Shown: positions 1-10,020 of the stretch, piece by piece
Numbering within the stretch: the first letter of the stretch is position 1
Layout of the letters: the number at the start of each line of letters is the position of its first letter
Assembly (NCBI GenBank): GCA_963775465.1
Contig: CAVZIW010000008.1
Location: forward strand, 1 to 64,000
DNA: 64,000 bases
Source of the DNA: Candidatus Bathyarchaeota archaeon
GTDB taxonomy: Archaea > Thermoproteota > Bathyarchaeia > Bathyarchaeales > Bathycorpusculaceae
Reading direction: 5' to 3'
Notes under the pieces: model-generated
The model's input: only the letters and a program-made list of their open reading frames with translations
Told to the model about the DNA's origin: nothing
The model's database searches: none
Position numbers and translations under genes: made by a program

Positions 1-588
1 TGTGGGATCAATGTAGAGAAAGACATTGAGAATATTCTTGCAATTCGTGAAACAGTTGGTTCAGAAGTCAAGTTGAGACTTGATGCTAATGAGGGCTACT
101 CGGTAGAAGAGGCTCTCAGAATGATCAAAGCTATCGAGGAGAAGGGTGCCGATGTAGAATTGTTGGAGCAGCCGACTAAGGCAAATTACCTTTATTCTTT
201 AAAAGAAGTTACACACCAAAGCCCTGTTCCAATAATGGCTGATGAGACTGCTCTGACCTTGAAAGATAGTGTTAAGCTCTTGAAGCATGAAGTTGCAGAT
301 ATGATTAACATCAAGTTGATGAAGATTGGAGGATTAACCAACGCTATTAAAGCCAATGTGCTTGCGGAGTTAGCTGATGTTCCCATTATGGTTGGATGTA
401 TGAATGAATCCATGGCTGCCATGTCAGCGGGCGTTCATTTTGCTTGCGCTTTTAGAAATGTACAGTACGCGGATCTAGATTCAGCATTAGACTTTGTTAA
501 CGATATTGCTAAGGGTGGTGCACGATACGAAAAAGGCTTCGTTGTTCCTTCAGAAAAACCGGGATTAGGTGTCGATGTCCAACTTTGA
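1..588 (+). CDS. Enolase-superfamily dipeptide epimerase (L-Ala-D/L-Glu epimerase-like), 5'-truncated by the window edge
   Basis: Frame is open from base 1; LRLDANEG, LEQP, MADE, NIKLMKIGG, GCM and YADLD motifs of the MLE/AEE subgroup. Confidence 0.85.
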   Translation, partial: CGINVEKDIENILAIRETVGSEVKLRLDANEGYSVEEALRMIKAIEEKGADVELLEQPTKANYLYSLKEVTHQSPVPIMADETALTLKDSVKLLKHEVADMINIKLMKIGGLTNAIKANVLAELADVPIMVGCMNESMAAMSAGVHFACAFRNVQYADLDSALDFVNDIAKGGARYEKGFVVPSEKPGLGVDVQL

Positions 589-1949
589 ATGATTACCATT
601 TCGCTAAAATCTTAAAAGAAGTCCCAGATTATAGACGATTCTTAAGAGTGAATGAGATTGAGAAGTTGTCTGAACGTTTAGAGTGTTATCCATGTGTTAA
701 AAAAAGAACTGTTGGAAAGACTGCTGAAAACAAGCCGCTAAATATGCTCACGATGGGTGACGGAGAGAAAACTGCGCTAATAATCGGGGTACCTCATAGC
801 GACGAGCCTTTGGGTAGTCTGGTGACGACTTATTTTATTGATTGGATGGCAAAGCATCCAGAAGCGAATTTTTTTGGTTGGAAATGGTTAATAATTCCTG
901 TCCTTGAACAGCGAGGTATGCGAATGAATGAGGGGTGGTTTAGCAATATTACCTCTCTTGTTGACACTGCAAAGTCCTATTTTCGAGAGCCAACTGAAAA
1001 CCAGTATGAATGGACGTTTCCTTTTGAGTACAAAGACTACAAATGGATTCAGTCAAGACCTGAATCCGACGCGATAAAAGAAATTCTTAAGGACGAAAAA
1101 CCTGACCTCTTATGCAATTTACATCATTGCGGTTATTATGATACTTACTTTTACTTCAGCAGGGATCTACCTGAGGCTTATCCGCGGTTAAAAGAGCTAT
1201 CCAGTAGTTTGGATTTGCCTCTTTCCACTTCTAGTCCGGATGTTCCTTTTGGAAAAATTCTGCACCCTGGTTTCTATCAGATGTATGGTCTAAAAGATTA
1301 CATTGATTACTATGCTAAGCATGAGCCGGATAATCTCTTAACCATGAGGCGAGGTGCAAGCAGTGATGAATGGTACCAGAATGCAATTGGTGGTTTTAGC
1401 TTCAATTGCGAAGTTCCACTTTTTAGCACATCGATGAGGACAGATGAGAACTTTTCTAATCGCAAACTAAAGAATGTACTTCAAAATAGAAGAGACAAAA
1501 TCGCGAACACTATTGAATATTGCACAGAAGTGTTGAATGTGTTGGAGCCTTTTTTCAAGTTTTGTGATCCGGTGCTTTTGGGTTCTGTACTTAAGCATGT
1601 GGCTAACGCAAAGTTGGATTTAGAAAATACTAATTCAGAGAGAAAGACGGAAAAAAATCCCAATGCTACTAATTTTGAGGTTTTCGAAAACGATTTAATG
1701 GTTGATGTTGTTAATTTGCTGATGATAGGTCAGATAAGACGTGTTACGGAGACTATTGATCGTAATATTAAGAAAATTAGTACTGGGCATATAATTGAAA
1801 GAACTGACAAAAAAATAGTGGATCTTGCCCAGAAGATTGATAGTCGGGGAGAATTCAAGTTAATTCCGCTTCAAAAACTGGTTAAAATGCAGTTAGGCAG
1901 CATTTTGATTGTTGCTGACGTTTTATCGAATGGTAAGCGGTCAGATTAA
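585..1949 (+). CDS. M14 family zinc carboxypeptidase-like protein
   Basis: HSDE (HxxE) zinc motif, RPES..I, NLHH third ligand and late NCEVP Glu; overlaps the upstream stop codon. Confidence 0.75.
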   Translation: MNDYHFAKILKEVPDYRRFLRVNEIEKLSERLECYPCVKKRTVGKTAENKPLNMLTMGDGEKTALIIGVPHSDEPLGSLVTTYFIDWMAKHPEANFFGWKWLIIPVLEQRGMRMNEGWFSNITSLVDTAKSYFREPTENQYEWTFPFEYKDYKWIQSRPESDAIKEILKDEKPDLLCNLHHCGYYDTYFYFSRDLPEAYPRLKELSSSLDLPLSTSSPDVPFGKILHPGFYQMYGLKDYIDYYAKHEPDNLLTMRRGASSDEWYQNAIGGFSFNCEVPLFSTSMRTDENFSNRKLKNVLQNRRDKIANTIEYCTEVLNVLEPFFKFCDPVLLGSVLKHVANAKLDLENTNSERKTEKNPNATNFEVFENDLMVDVVNLLMIGQIRRVTETIDRNIKKISTGHIIERTDKKIVDLAQKIDSRGEFKLIPLQKLVKMQLGSILIVADVLSNGKRSD

Positions 1950-2007
1950 ACTAGAAAGGTTATTTAATTCTTAAGTTAACAGCATCCACATCCATGGAGA
2001 AATAATT

Positions 2008-2805
2008 ATGGAATGGGGAATGAAAAACCGGTTAAGTAGACTTATCCAAAAAGACGGCAAAGCTCTCTTTTTGCCAATTGACCACGGGTATTTCCAAGGA
2101 CCAACACATGGTCTTGAACATCCAGGTGAAACAATAAAACCTATAGTTCAATATGCCGATGGGCTCATGTTGACCCGGGGTGTTTTACGCAATTGCATTG
2201 ACCCTGCCCTTGAAAAACCAGTAATTATGAGGGTCAGTGGTGCTGTTTCGGTTGTCGGTGAGGACCTCGCTAACGAAAGCGTAGTTACATCTATCCAAGA
2301 AATTCTTCGGCTAAACGCTTCCGCTGTTTCTATGTCAGTCTTCGTCGGATCCAAATACGAAAACAAAAGCCTGACCAACCTTGCTAAACTCGTTGACGAC
2401 TGCGAAGACTACGGGGTTCCAGTTATGGCTGTTTGTGCAGTTGGAAAAGAACTTGAAAAACGAGAAGCACGATACTTAGCATTAGCCGCCCGTATAACGG
2501 CGGAAGTTGGAGCACGCGTTGTTAAAACTTACTACTGCAAAGAACATTTTGAAAAAGTCGTTGATGGCTGTCCAGTGCCAATTGTGATTGCAGGTGGACC
2601 AAAAACAGAGACGCAAAGGGAAGTCTTCGATTTTGTATATGACGGTATCCAAAAAGGTGCAATTGGGGTTAACTTGGGAAGAAACATCTGGCAAACTGAG
2701 TACCCTGTTGGGGCAATCAGAGCCATACGCGCTATAATTCATGAAAATTATACGCCCAAAGAAGCTGAAGATCTCTACAACCAAATTCTAATCAACAAAG
2801 CCTAA
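2008..2805 (+). CDS. lsrF: LsrF-like class I aldolase/thiolase (DhnA family)
   Basis: MEWGMKNRLSR N-terminus, IDHGYFQGP, VKTYY Schiff-base Lys, IAGGPK, GRNIWQ. Confidence 0.85.
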   Translation: MEWGMKNRLSRLIQKDGKALFLPIDHGYFQGPTHGLEHPGETIKPIVQYADGLMLTRGVLRNCIDPALEKPVIMRVSGAVSVVGEDLANESVVTSIQEILRLNASAVSMSVFVGSKYENKSLTNLAKLVDDCEDYGVPVMAVCAVGKELEKREARYLALAARITAEVGARVVKTYYCKEHFEKVVDGCPVPIVIAGGPKTETQREVFDFVYDGIQKGAIGVNLGRNIWQTEYPVGAIRAIRAIIHENYTPKEAEDLYNQILINKA

Positions 2806-2820
2806 TTTTTTGTGATTAGT

Positions 2821-3849
2821 ATGCTTGCTGCCTTCTACTACAACAACCATGATGTGCGTGTTGAAGAGATACAGATTCCAAAAATCGGTGAAGAAGAGGT
2901 TTTGCTAAAAGTGATGGCAAGCGGCATTTGTGGTAGTGACGTTATCGAGTGGTATCGTGTGCCTAAAGCTCCGCGTGTGCTTGGGCACGAAGCCACTGGA
3001 GTTATAACCCAAGTGGGTGGCAAAGTTGAAAATGTAAAAGTGGGTGACCGTGTTTTTGTTTCTCACCATGTTCCCTGCAATAAATGCCGCTATTGCAAAA
3101 GAGGTTTCCACACAGCTTGTCACACTCTGCACACAACTAACTATTACCCTGGCGGCTTTTCCCAGTACATTCAAGTTCCCAAAATTAACGTGGAATTAGG
3201 GATTTATAAACTGCCGGATAGCATGAGCTTTGAAGAAGGCACATTTATAGAACCCTTAGCTTGCGTGTCCCGGGGTCAACGGTTATCAAACTTGAAAAAA
3301 AGTGACTCACTGCTAATCATTGGAAGCGGGATCTCTGGAATTTTACATGTACAACTTGCAAAGTTCAAGGGAGTTAAGAAAATTATCGTTGCTGACATTA
3401 ACGATTACAGGTTGGAACTTGCCAAGAAATTCGGTGCGAAATTTGGACTTGATGCAAAAGCTAATTTGCCTGAGCAACTTAAGGAAGTAAACGATGGACA
3501 CTTAGCCGATCAGGTTATCGTTTGTACCGGTGCATTACCTGCTGCAATGTCAACGTTAGATTGTGTCGATAATGGTGGAAGCATTCTGTTTTTTGCGGTA
3601 CCCGATCCTTCTGTTAAGTTGCCCGTGCCGATCAACGCGTTTTGGCGCAACGAAATAACTATGCGCACTAGTTATGGTGCCGCCTCCAATGATTTGGACA
3701 ACTCTTTTAAAGTGTTAGCAACAGGTTCGTTGAACGTCAAGGATATGATTACGCACAGGTTGAGTTTGGGCGATGCTCAAGAAGGCTTCCGATTAATGGC
3801 TGAAGCAGGTTCATCTTTGAAAGTGATTTTAAAGCCAAATGGGGCTTAA
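2821..3849 (+). CDS. Zinc-dependent medium-chain dehydrogenase (sorbitol/L-iditol dehydrogenase-like)
   Basis: GICGSD, GHEATG, CxxCxxC..C structural Zn site, GSGISG Rossmann motif. Confidence 0.9.
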   Translation: MLAAFYYNNHDVRVEEIQIPKIGEEEVLLKVMASGICGSDVIEWYRVPKAPRVLGHEATGVITQVGGKVENVKVGDRVFVSHHVPCNKCRYCKRGFHTACHTLHTTNYYPGGFSQYIQVPKINVELGIYKLPDSMSFEEGTFIEPLACVSRGQRLSNLKKSDSLLIIGSGISGILHVQLAKFKGVKKIIVADINDYRLELAKKFGAKFGLDAKANLPEQLKEVNDGHLADQVIVCTGALPAAMSTLDCVDNGGSILFFAVPDPSVKLPVPINAFWRNEITMRTSYGAASNDLDNSFKVLATGSLNVKDMITHRLSLGDAQEGFRLMAEAGSSLKVILKPNGA

Positions 3850-3851
3850 GA

Positions 3852-4469
3852 ATGCCTATGTCAATTAAAGATGCCGTCAAGAAGCGCCGAAGCATAAGAA
3901 AATATTTACCCCGTCAAGTTACAGACAAGGTTGTTTTGGAATGCTTAGCAGCTGCCGGTTGGGCTCCTTCGGCTCATAACAGCCAACCTTGGCGTTTCAT
4001 AATTGTGTCTGATTTGGCGTTGAAACGCGATTTGGCATCTGCTTTGGTAAAATCTTGGGCGTCGGATTTGGCAAAAGATGGTTTACCTCTACGAGAAGAA
4101 GATAAGAAAGAGCGATTTGAAAGATATGTTGATGCACCCGTTCTAATTCTTGCCTGCTTTACAATGGAGGGCCTAAGAAAATTCTCTGACTCTGCTCGGC
4201 GAAGTTTTGAACGCGATTTAGCACTGCAAAGTCTGGGAGCTTCACTACAGACACTGCTCTTGGCAATTCATGAAGCTGGGTTGGGTGCATGTTGGTTTTG
4301 TGCTCCCGGCTTCTGTAAACAAACCGTTCGTAAAATTCTGAATATTCCCGATGAAGTGGAGCCAGAAGCTTTTATCATAATGGGTTACCCAGATGAGAAA
4401 CCACCGGTACCCAATAAAAAATCGGTTGACCAGTATTGCTTCAAGAATAAATGGGAAGAAAAGCTTTAG
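3852..4469 (+). CDS. Nitroreductase family protein (FbiB C-terminal-like)
   Basis: RRSIRKY, APSAHNSQPWRF, GLGACW, MGYP. Confidence 0.85.
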   Translation: MPMSIKDAVKKRRSIRKYLPRQVTDKVVLECLAAAGWAPSAHNSQPWRFIIVSDLALKRDLASALVKSWASDLAKDGLPLREEDKKERFERYVDAPVLILACFTMEGLRKFSDSARRSFERDLALQSLGASLQTLLLAIHEAGLGACWFCAPGFCKQTVRKILNIPDEVEPEAFIIMGYPDEKPPVPNKKSVDQYCFKNKWEEKL

Positions 4470-4801
4470 GATTTTATCATCGTTAGGAGCATTTTGAACT
4501 TAGTTTTTGCGGTCAAAGCGTGTGGTTGGTTTGCTGGCATTATCGTGATTTCGCCCTTCTTTAGTTCAACAGGCTTTCCTGATATTATAATTCGGACTTC
4601 TCCGTCGAGCGCCTGAACCATCGCGTCATAGGACGCGGTGTGTTCACTTAAACCTTGATTCTTGTCAAATGCAAACAAAGTTACGGTTCCAGTTTCTTTG
4701 TCGATAAGAGTGCGGCTTACAACTGAGCCATCCTGATAATCGATTAAGCTTTCTAAGTTAGAGGTTTTGGCAATCAATAAATTAGATTCAGACTCTTTCA
4801 T
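4466..4801 (-). CDS. Cupin domain protein
   Basis: TLFAFDKNQGLSEHTA and MPANQPHAL cupin motifs. Confidence 0.85.
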   Translation of the reverse strand: MKESESNLLIAKTSNLESLIDYQDGSVVSRTLIDKETGTVTLFAFDKNQGLSEHTASYDAMVQALDGEVRIIISGKPVELKKGEITIMPANQPHALTAKTKFKMLLTMIKS

Positions 4802-4856
4802 GACTTATATTGTCCTGACAAGAAATTTAGGCTTATCTGTAAACCTCAGCGAGCAA

Positions 4857-5240
4857 TTATTTGTCAGGGATAAAATCCATCGACATGGAGTTAACACAGT
4901 GTCTTGTATTTTTTTCTGTTAAGTGCTCCCCAATAAAGACATGTCCCAAGTGAGCTCCACAATTAGCGCATTGGATTTCCGTTCTTACCCCGTCAGAGTC
5001 TGGTATTCGTTTTACTGCGCCAGGGATTTCATCATCAAAGCTTGGCCAGCCACAATCAGCTTCGAATTTGTTTTCAGAACGGTAGAGTTTTGCACCGCAA
5101 CGTTTGCAAACGTAGGTTCCTTTTTGCCAGAACGCGAAATATTTGCCGGTAAAGGGCATTTCGGTCCCTTTATGTACTATAACCTGTTCCTCTTCGGGGG
5201 TTAGTTCTTTTAGGTTAGATGGCTTTTTAGATTCAGTCAA
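4857..5240 (-). CDS. msrB: Methionine-R-sulfoxide reductase
   Basis: GTEMPFTG, CxxC, GWPSF, CxxCGAHLGHVF, RHCVNS. Confidence 0.95.
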   Translation of the reverse strand: MTESKKPSNLKELTPEEEQVIVHKGTEMPFTGKYFAFWQKGTYVCKRCGAKLYRSENKFEADCGWPSFDDEIPGAVKRIPDSDGVRTEIQCANCGAHLGHVFIGEHLTEKNTRHCVNSMSMDFIPDK

Positions 5241-5352
5241 TAAAACACCTATACATCATTCTCTTGGAAAGTAAAAAACAATTCTCCATAAGAAGCATTC
5301 AAAAAAACAGATATAAGGATGCGCTTAATATTTATTAGATAAAGGTTTTTTT

Positions 5353-5634
5353 ATGGTTGAAATTACGAAATTATTTTGGAGAAACGCTTACACTTCAGAT
5401 AGTTTTTTACTTGGTGAAGTGCATAGCGCGGAATTAGACACCAGCAATTGGCAAATAATCAATTTGTTCGTTGCATTATCAGAGGAAGCGTCAAAAAAAC
5501 TCGGGTTCAAGCATCCCTATCTTGGTAAAGTTATCGTTTGTTTGCCGGTTTCAAATGTCGAATCCATATCCGAAAAAGTAGTCTTAAATAAAACTATCGA
5601 GGAACTTAAAACCCTCAGACAATGCAGAGAATAA
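5353..5634 (+). CDS. PRC-barrel domain protein
   Basis: AYTSD..LGEV...ELDTSNWQI and LPVSNVESISEKVVL pattern. Confidence 0.7.
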   Translation: MVEITKLFWRNAYTSDSFLLGEVHSAELDTSNWQIINLFVALSEEASKKLGFKHPYLGKVIVCLPVSNVESISEKVVLNKTIEELKTLRQCRE

Positions 5635-5642
5635 GACTGATT

Positions 5643-5846
5643 CTAATCTTTTCTATTTTTTCCTCTTTTTCTTAGCATCAACGAAAAGATTGTTCCGAAG
5701 ACTGCCACTAAACCTACAATTGAAGCCGCTATTACGAGTGGTGAGGGAAGGACTGTTAGTTTTACATGTAGCAAAAGTGGAACAGGTGTTAAGACTAAAA
5801 CGGAGACAAGTAAGAGGGTTGCATCTTTGTGCATTTGTTTCACCAT
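5643..5846 (-). CDS. Small two-TM membrane protein, hypothetical
   Basis: Two hydrophobic segments and a basic tail; ATG start. Confidence 0.55.
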   Translation of the reverse strand: MVKQMHKDATLLLVSVLVLTPVPLLLHVKLTVLPSPLVIAASIVGLVAVFGTIFSLMLRKRGKNRKD

Positions 5847-5880
5847 TTATTCTTGGCAGATAATTCGGTTAAAAGCGTTG

Positions 5881-5933
5881 TTGTCAAGCTTTCTTGACTA
5901 ATTAACAATTTTTTAGTCAAGAAACTTTGACAA
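5881..5933. promoter_or_regulatory. Tandem palindromic operator-like sites T(T/A)GTCAA-N6-TTGAC(T/A)A between the small membrane gene and hdrC
   Basis: TTGTCAAGCTTTCTTGACTA (5881-5900) and TAGTCAAGAAACTTTGACAA (5914-5933); each is an imperfect palindrome and they are near reverse complements of each other. Confidence 0.6.
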
Positions 5934-6139
5934 GATTAAGATTCATAAGTTTCTTGTGTTTTTTCTTGCACACTTCCTTTAAAGATATTGTGCATTAATC
6001 TAATTTGATCGTTACTCGCTGGGAACGTTGGAAGATTATGCGTTGAATTGACTGAATCTTTATGTAGTTGAAATAGGCTTTCTGAAATAACAAGCACATT
6101 GTAGTGCTATTGAATTTAATCAGTGCAAGGTTAAACCTT

Positions 6140-6703
6140 ATGACTGAGATAGCAACTGATTCAATCCAAAACAAAAATAAACCAATTAAAGCTTCCGAAC
6201 TTGACCCAAAATTCAAGTATGAATTGCAAAAGATGCATGGAAGCGAAAAAATTCTTAAATGTTTCCAGTGTGGGACATGCACTTCTGACTGTCCAGTAGC
6301 CCGCTACAGCGACGACTATAGACCAAGAACCCTAATTCATATGGCTCAACTAGGATTGAAAGATCGTGTGCTAAACTGCAACACTCTTTGGCTATGTGCA
6401 GCTTGCTTCACATGCACAGACCGTTGCCCACAAGACGTTGAAGTGGCTGCTGTAATCCGTGTTTTCAGAAATCTAGCAGTTGAAAAAGGATGTATCCCCC
6501 AGGTCTTTAAAGATCAAGCTCAAAGCCTAATCGAATCCGGATACGCTTACAAAATTCCGGATCTTCGCATAAAGAAACGTGAATCTCAAGGACTTCCCCC
6601 TCTGCCAAAAGGTAACGCTGAAAACGTCAAGAAAGCTCTCAAAGGCGTGAAATTCATCGAAGCACTCCAAAAACCATCAGGAGAAAAACCAAGTGACCAA
6701 TAA
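6140..6703 (+). CDS. hdrC: Heterodisulfide reductase subunit C-like
   Basis: CFQCGTCTSDCP and WLCAACFTCTDRCP 4Fe-4S motifs; ATG at 6140. Confidence 0.9.
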   Translation: MTEIATDSIQNKNKPIKASELDPKFKYELQKMHGSEKILKCFQCGTCTSDCPVARYSDDYRPRTLIHMAQLGLKDRVLNCNTLWLCAACFTCTDRCPQDVEVAAVIRVFRNLAVEKGCIPQVFKDQAQSLIESGYAYKIPDLRIKKRESQGLPPLPKGNAENVKKALKGVKFIEALQKPSGEKPSDQ

Positions 6704-7586
6704 ATACCTGATTTTTCTTGGATGCGCAATTCCCTATCGAGTTTCAAGCTTTGAAATTTCATCCCGCAAAGTTCTGGATAGACTCGGAGTTGAGCTAGTG
6801 GAAATGCCAGAATTCAACTGTTGTGGATTGCCGTTGGATCCTGTTAGCCACGAAACCATGCTTATTATGGCAGCAAAAAACTTGGCTTTAGCCGAACGGC
6901 AGGGCTTAAACATCCTTACTCTTTGTCCCGGATGCGCGGGAACTTTAAAGAAAGTTAACAAAATCCTAAAGGCTGACAAAGTCCTAAAGGAAGAAATCAA
7001 CACTCACCTAAAAGAAGTAAACTTGGAGTTTGAAGGAACAATCGAAGCTAAACATCTTCTTCAGTTGCTAAAAGAAGATGTTGGAATTGAAAAAATCAAA
7101 GACTCTGTCGTTAAACCACTAACTAACCTCAAAGTTGCTGAACATAACGGCTGCCATATACTCCGACCCAAAGAATTCATGGGATTTGATGATCCTGAGG
7201 ACCCCCAAACCCTAAAAATGCTTATTGAAGCTACAGGTGCAACTTGCCTTGACTATATAGATGAAACTGAATGTTGTGGAGCTCCAAGCGTTGGCGTAAG
7301 CGATAAAGTCGCTTTAGCGCTGGCAAAAGACAAGCTGAGCCACGTAAAGCAAGTTGACGCGCAAGCTCTAATAACAATATGTCCTTTTTGCCACATAATG
7401 TATGACACAAACGAACTTCGAATAGAGAAACTGTTTAATGAAACCTATGGTATTCCAATACTACATTATCCGCAGTTACTCGGATTAGCAATGGGCATTT
7501 CACCTGAAGAACTAGCCTTCAGTGACCTACGGGTGAGCCCATCAAATATATTAAGACAAATAACTCAAGGAGCAAACGAACCATGA
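6693..7586 (+). CDS. hdrB: Heterodisulfide reductase subunit B-like
   Basis: Two CCG domains (FLGC..CCG..CPGC; HNGCH..CCG..CPFC), PILHYPQLLGLAMG. Confidence 0.92.
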   Translation: MTNKYLIFLGCAIPYRVSSFEISSRKVLDRLGVELVEMPEFNCCGLPLDPVSHETMLIMAAKNLALAERQGLNILTLCPGCAGTLKKVNKILKADKVLKEEINTHLKEVNLEFEGTIEAKHLLQLLKEDVGIEKIKDSVVKPLTNLKVAEHNGCHILRPKEFMGFDDPEDPQTLKMLIEATGATCLDYIDETECCGAPSVGVSDKVALALAKDKLSHVKQVDAQALITICPFCHIMYDTNELRIEKLFNETYGIPILHYPQLLGLAMGISPEELAFSDLRVSPSNILRQITQGANEP

Positions 7587-8569
7587 GCCAAAAATTAAAA
7601 ATAGCCTTCTATTGGGCTGCAAGTTGTGGCGGTTGCGAAATCGCCGTCTTGGACTTAAACGAAAAAATCCTCGATATAGTAAAAATCGCTGACATAGTCT
7701 TCTGGCCCGTAGCCATAGACATCAAATACAAAGATGTAGAAAACCTTCCTGATAAATACATAGACATTACATTCTTCAACGGGTCCATCCGAAACTCGGA
7801 ACAAGAACATATGGCAAAACTTCTACGTGAAAAATCAAAAACCTTGGTTGCATTTGGTTCATGTGCCCACGAAGGATGTGTACCCGGTCTAGCTAATCTT
7901 AGTGACAAGAAAGAAATTTTTGAGCAAGTCTACATTAAAGACAAATCCAACGTCAACCCCAATGCAACTATGCCAAAAACTCAGTCTCAAGTCAAAGAAG
8001 GTTTACTAAAAATCCCAGAGTTCTACGACACAGTCAAAACTCTTGGACAAACAGTAGATGTCGACTATTACCTGCCAGGTTGCCCGCCCCCTGTTAAATT
8101 AATCGCAGCCGCGGTGGATGCAATCGCTTCAAACAAACTTCCGCCAAAAGGTTCGGTGCTCGCACCACTCAAAGCAGTGTGTGACGAATGCCCAAGAACG
8201 CGTGAGAACAAAAAAATCGACAAAATCTATCGCGTTTATGAGAGAGCTCCTGAACCAGAAAAATGCCTCATGGAACAAGGCATTATCTGCATGGGAATGG
8301 CAACCAGAAGCGGCTGTGGCGCTCAATGCCTAAAGGTTGATATGCCCTGCACAGGTTGTGGAGGAGCGGCTCCCAATGTTCCTGAGCAAGGCGCCGCCAT
8401 GATTACTGCCTTGGGTTCAATTCTTGGCTATGACGGTGTAGAAGGAAAGAACAAGTACACTGAAAAAGAAATTGAAGACTTGATTAATCAAATCAAAGAT
8501 CCAGTTGGCACGGTGTACATGTACAGTTTGCCAGCATCAATTTTGAAAAGAAAGGTGATTAAAAAATGA
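7583..8569 (+). CDS. mvhG: Group 3c [NiFe] hydrogenase small subunit
   Basis: ASCGGC, AFGSCA, LPGCPP, VCDEC, CLMEQGIICMG, CTGCGG. Confidence 0.9.
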   Translation: MSQKLKIAFYWAASCGGCEIAVLDLNEKILDIVKIADIVFWPVAIDIKYKDVENLPDKYIDITFFNGSIRNSEQEHMAKLLREKSKTLVAFGSCAHEGCVPGLANLSDKKEIFEQVYIKDKSNVNPNATMPKTQSQVKEGLLKIPEFYDTVKTLGQTVDVDYYLPGCPPPVKLIAAAVDAIASNKLPPKGSVLAPLKAVCDECPRTRENKKIDKIYRVYERAPEPEKCLMEQGIICMGMATRSGCGAQCLKVDMPCTGCGGAAPNVPEQGAAMITALGSILGYDGVEGKNKYTEKEIEDLINQIKDPVGTVYMYSLPASILKRKVIKK

Positions 8570-10020
8570 AAGAAATAATTATAGATCCTATAACTCGCCT
8601 TGAAGGGCATGGAAACGTTTCCATATTCCTGAACGACAATGGCGAAGTGGAAAACGCTTACCTAAAAATCCCAGAACTTCGCGGCTTTGAGAAATTCTGC
8701 ATCGGAAGAAGAGCCGAACTAATGCCGCAACTAACCACAAGAATATGTGGTGTCTGCCCTGTTGCTCATCACATGGCTGCCGCTAAAGCCTTAGACGCCG
8801 CATTTAACGTTGAACCGCCGGCACCTGCACAAAAACTCCGCGAACTAATGTACAGCGCCTATTTCATTTACGACCATATATTACACTTCTACTTCCTCGG
8901 CGGTCCTGACTTTGTTGTTGGACCCGATGCACCAGCGGAAAAACGCAATATTTTAGGTGTCATCGAAAAGGTAGGTATACCAGTCGCGTCGGAAGTCATA
9001 AAACATCGAGCTTATGGTCAAAAAATTACTGAAATACTCGGAGGAAAAGCTACCCATCCAGTTTGTGCTTTGCCTGGTGGAATCTCTAAAGCTCTCAGCG
9101 AAGAGAACCGCCAAGAAATCGAGAAAATGGCTTCTTCATGCGTAGACTTTGCTCAGTTCAGCCTTAAACTTTTTCACGACGTTGTTTTAGGCAACACCAA
9201 ATATGTTGACTTGATCAAAAGCCCAGCCTACACAATGCCAACCTACTACATGGGAACTGTTGATGAAAACAACAAAGTCAACTTCTATGATGGCAAAATC
9301 CGCGTAGTTGATCCTAACGGTAAAGAATTCTTAAAGTTTGAATCTAAAGATTATCTCAAGCATATAGGTGAACACGTCGAAGAATGGACGTATAGCAAAT
9401 TCCCATACCTCAAAGGAATTGGCTGGAAAGGACAAGTTTACGGTTCTGACAGCGGCGTTTACCGAGTAGGTCCGCTTGGACGCTTGAATGCTTCGGACGG
9501 TATGGCAACACCTTTAGCGCAAGCAGAATACGAAGTCATGTACAAGACCCTTGGCGGCAAACCAGTCCACAGTACTTTAGCTTTCCACTGGGCAAGACTC
9601 ATTGAACTGCTCTACGCAACTGAACGCGCTATGGAACTTGTTAAAGATCCAGAAATCACAAGTACCAACGTTCGTAACAAACCTGGCGAACCAGGACAAG
9701 GAGTCGGAATCGTTGAAGCCGCACGAGGCACACTCATACACGACTACACTCTTGATAAAGATGCGTTGGTCAAAGATGTTAACCTGATCGTTGCAACAAC
9801 CAACAATTACCCCGCAATCTGCATGAGCATACGCGACGCCGCAAAGGGCTTAATCCACAAAGGCAAAGTAGACCAAGGCATACTGAATAAAGTTGAAATG
9901 TCATTTAGAGCTTACGACCCATGCTTTGGCTGCGCAACACACTTTGCAGTCGGTCAAATGCCACTGACCATTGAAGTATTTAATGCAGACAAAAAATTGG
10001 TAGGTACTGTTAGTCGATAA
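8566..10020 (+). CDS. mvhA: Group 3c [NiFe] hydrogenase large subunit
   Basis: TRLEGHG, L1 RICGVC, L2 DPCFGCATH followed by a cleavable C-terminal extension. Confidence 0.93.
   Translation: MKEIIIDPITRLEGHGNVSIFLNDNGEVENAYLKIPELRGFEKFCIGRRAELMPQLTTRICGVCPVAHHMAAAKALDAAFNVEPPAPAQKLRELMYSAYFIYDHILHFYFLGGPDFVVGPDAPAEKRNILGVIEKVGIPVASEVIKHRAYGQKITEILGGKATHPVCALPGGISKALSEENRQEIEKMASSCVDFAQFSLKLFHDVVLGNTKYVDLIKSPAYTMPTYYMGTVDENNKVNFYDGKIRVVDPNGKEFLKFESKDYLKHIGEHVEEWTYSKFPYLKGIGWKGQVYGSDSGVYRVGPLGRLNASDGMATPLAQAEYEVMYKTLGGKPVHSTLAFHWARLIELLYATERAMELVKDPEITSTNVRNKPGEPGQGVGIVEAARGTLIHDYTLDKDALVKDVNLIVATTNNYPAICMSIRDAAKGLIHKGKVDQGILNKVEMSFRAYDPCFGCATHFAVGQMPLTIEVFNADKKLVGTVSR

Noticed and set aside
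4857-10020. Selenocysteine recoding in MsrB, Hdr or Mvh
   Set aside because: All catalytic and ligand positions are Cys codons; there is no in-frame TGA.
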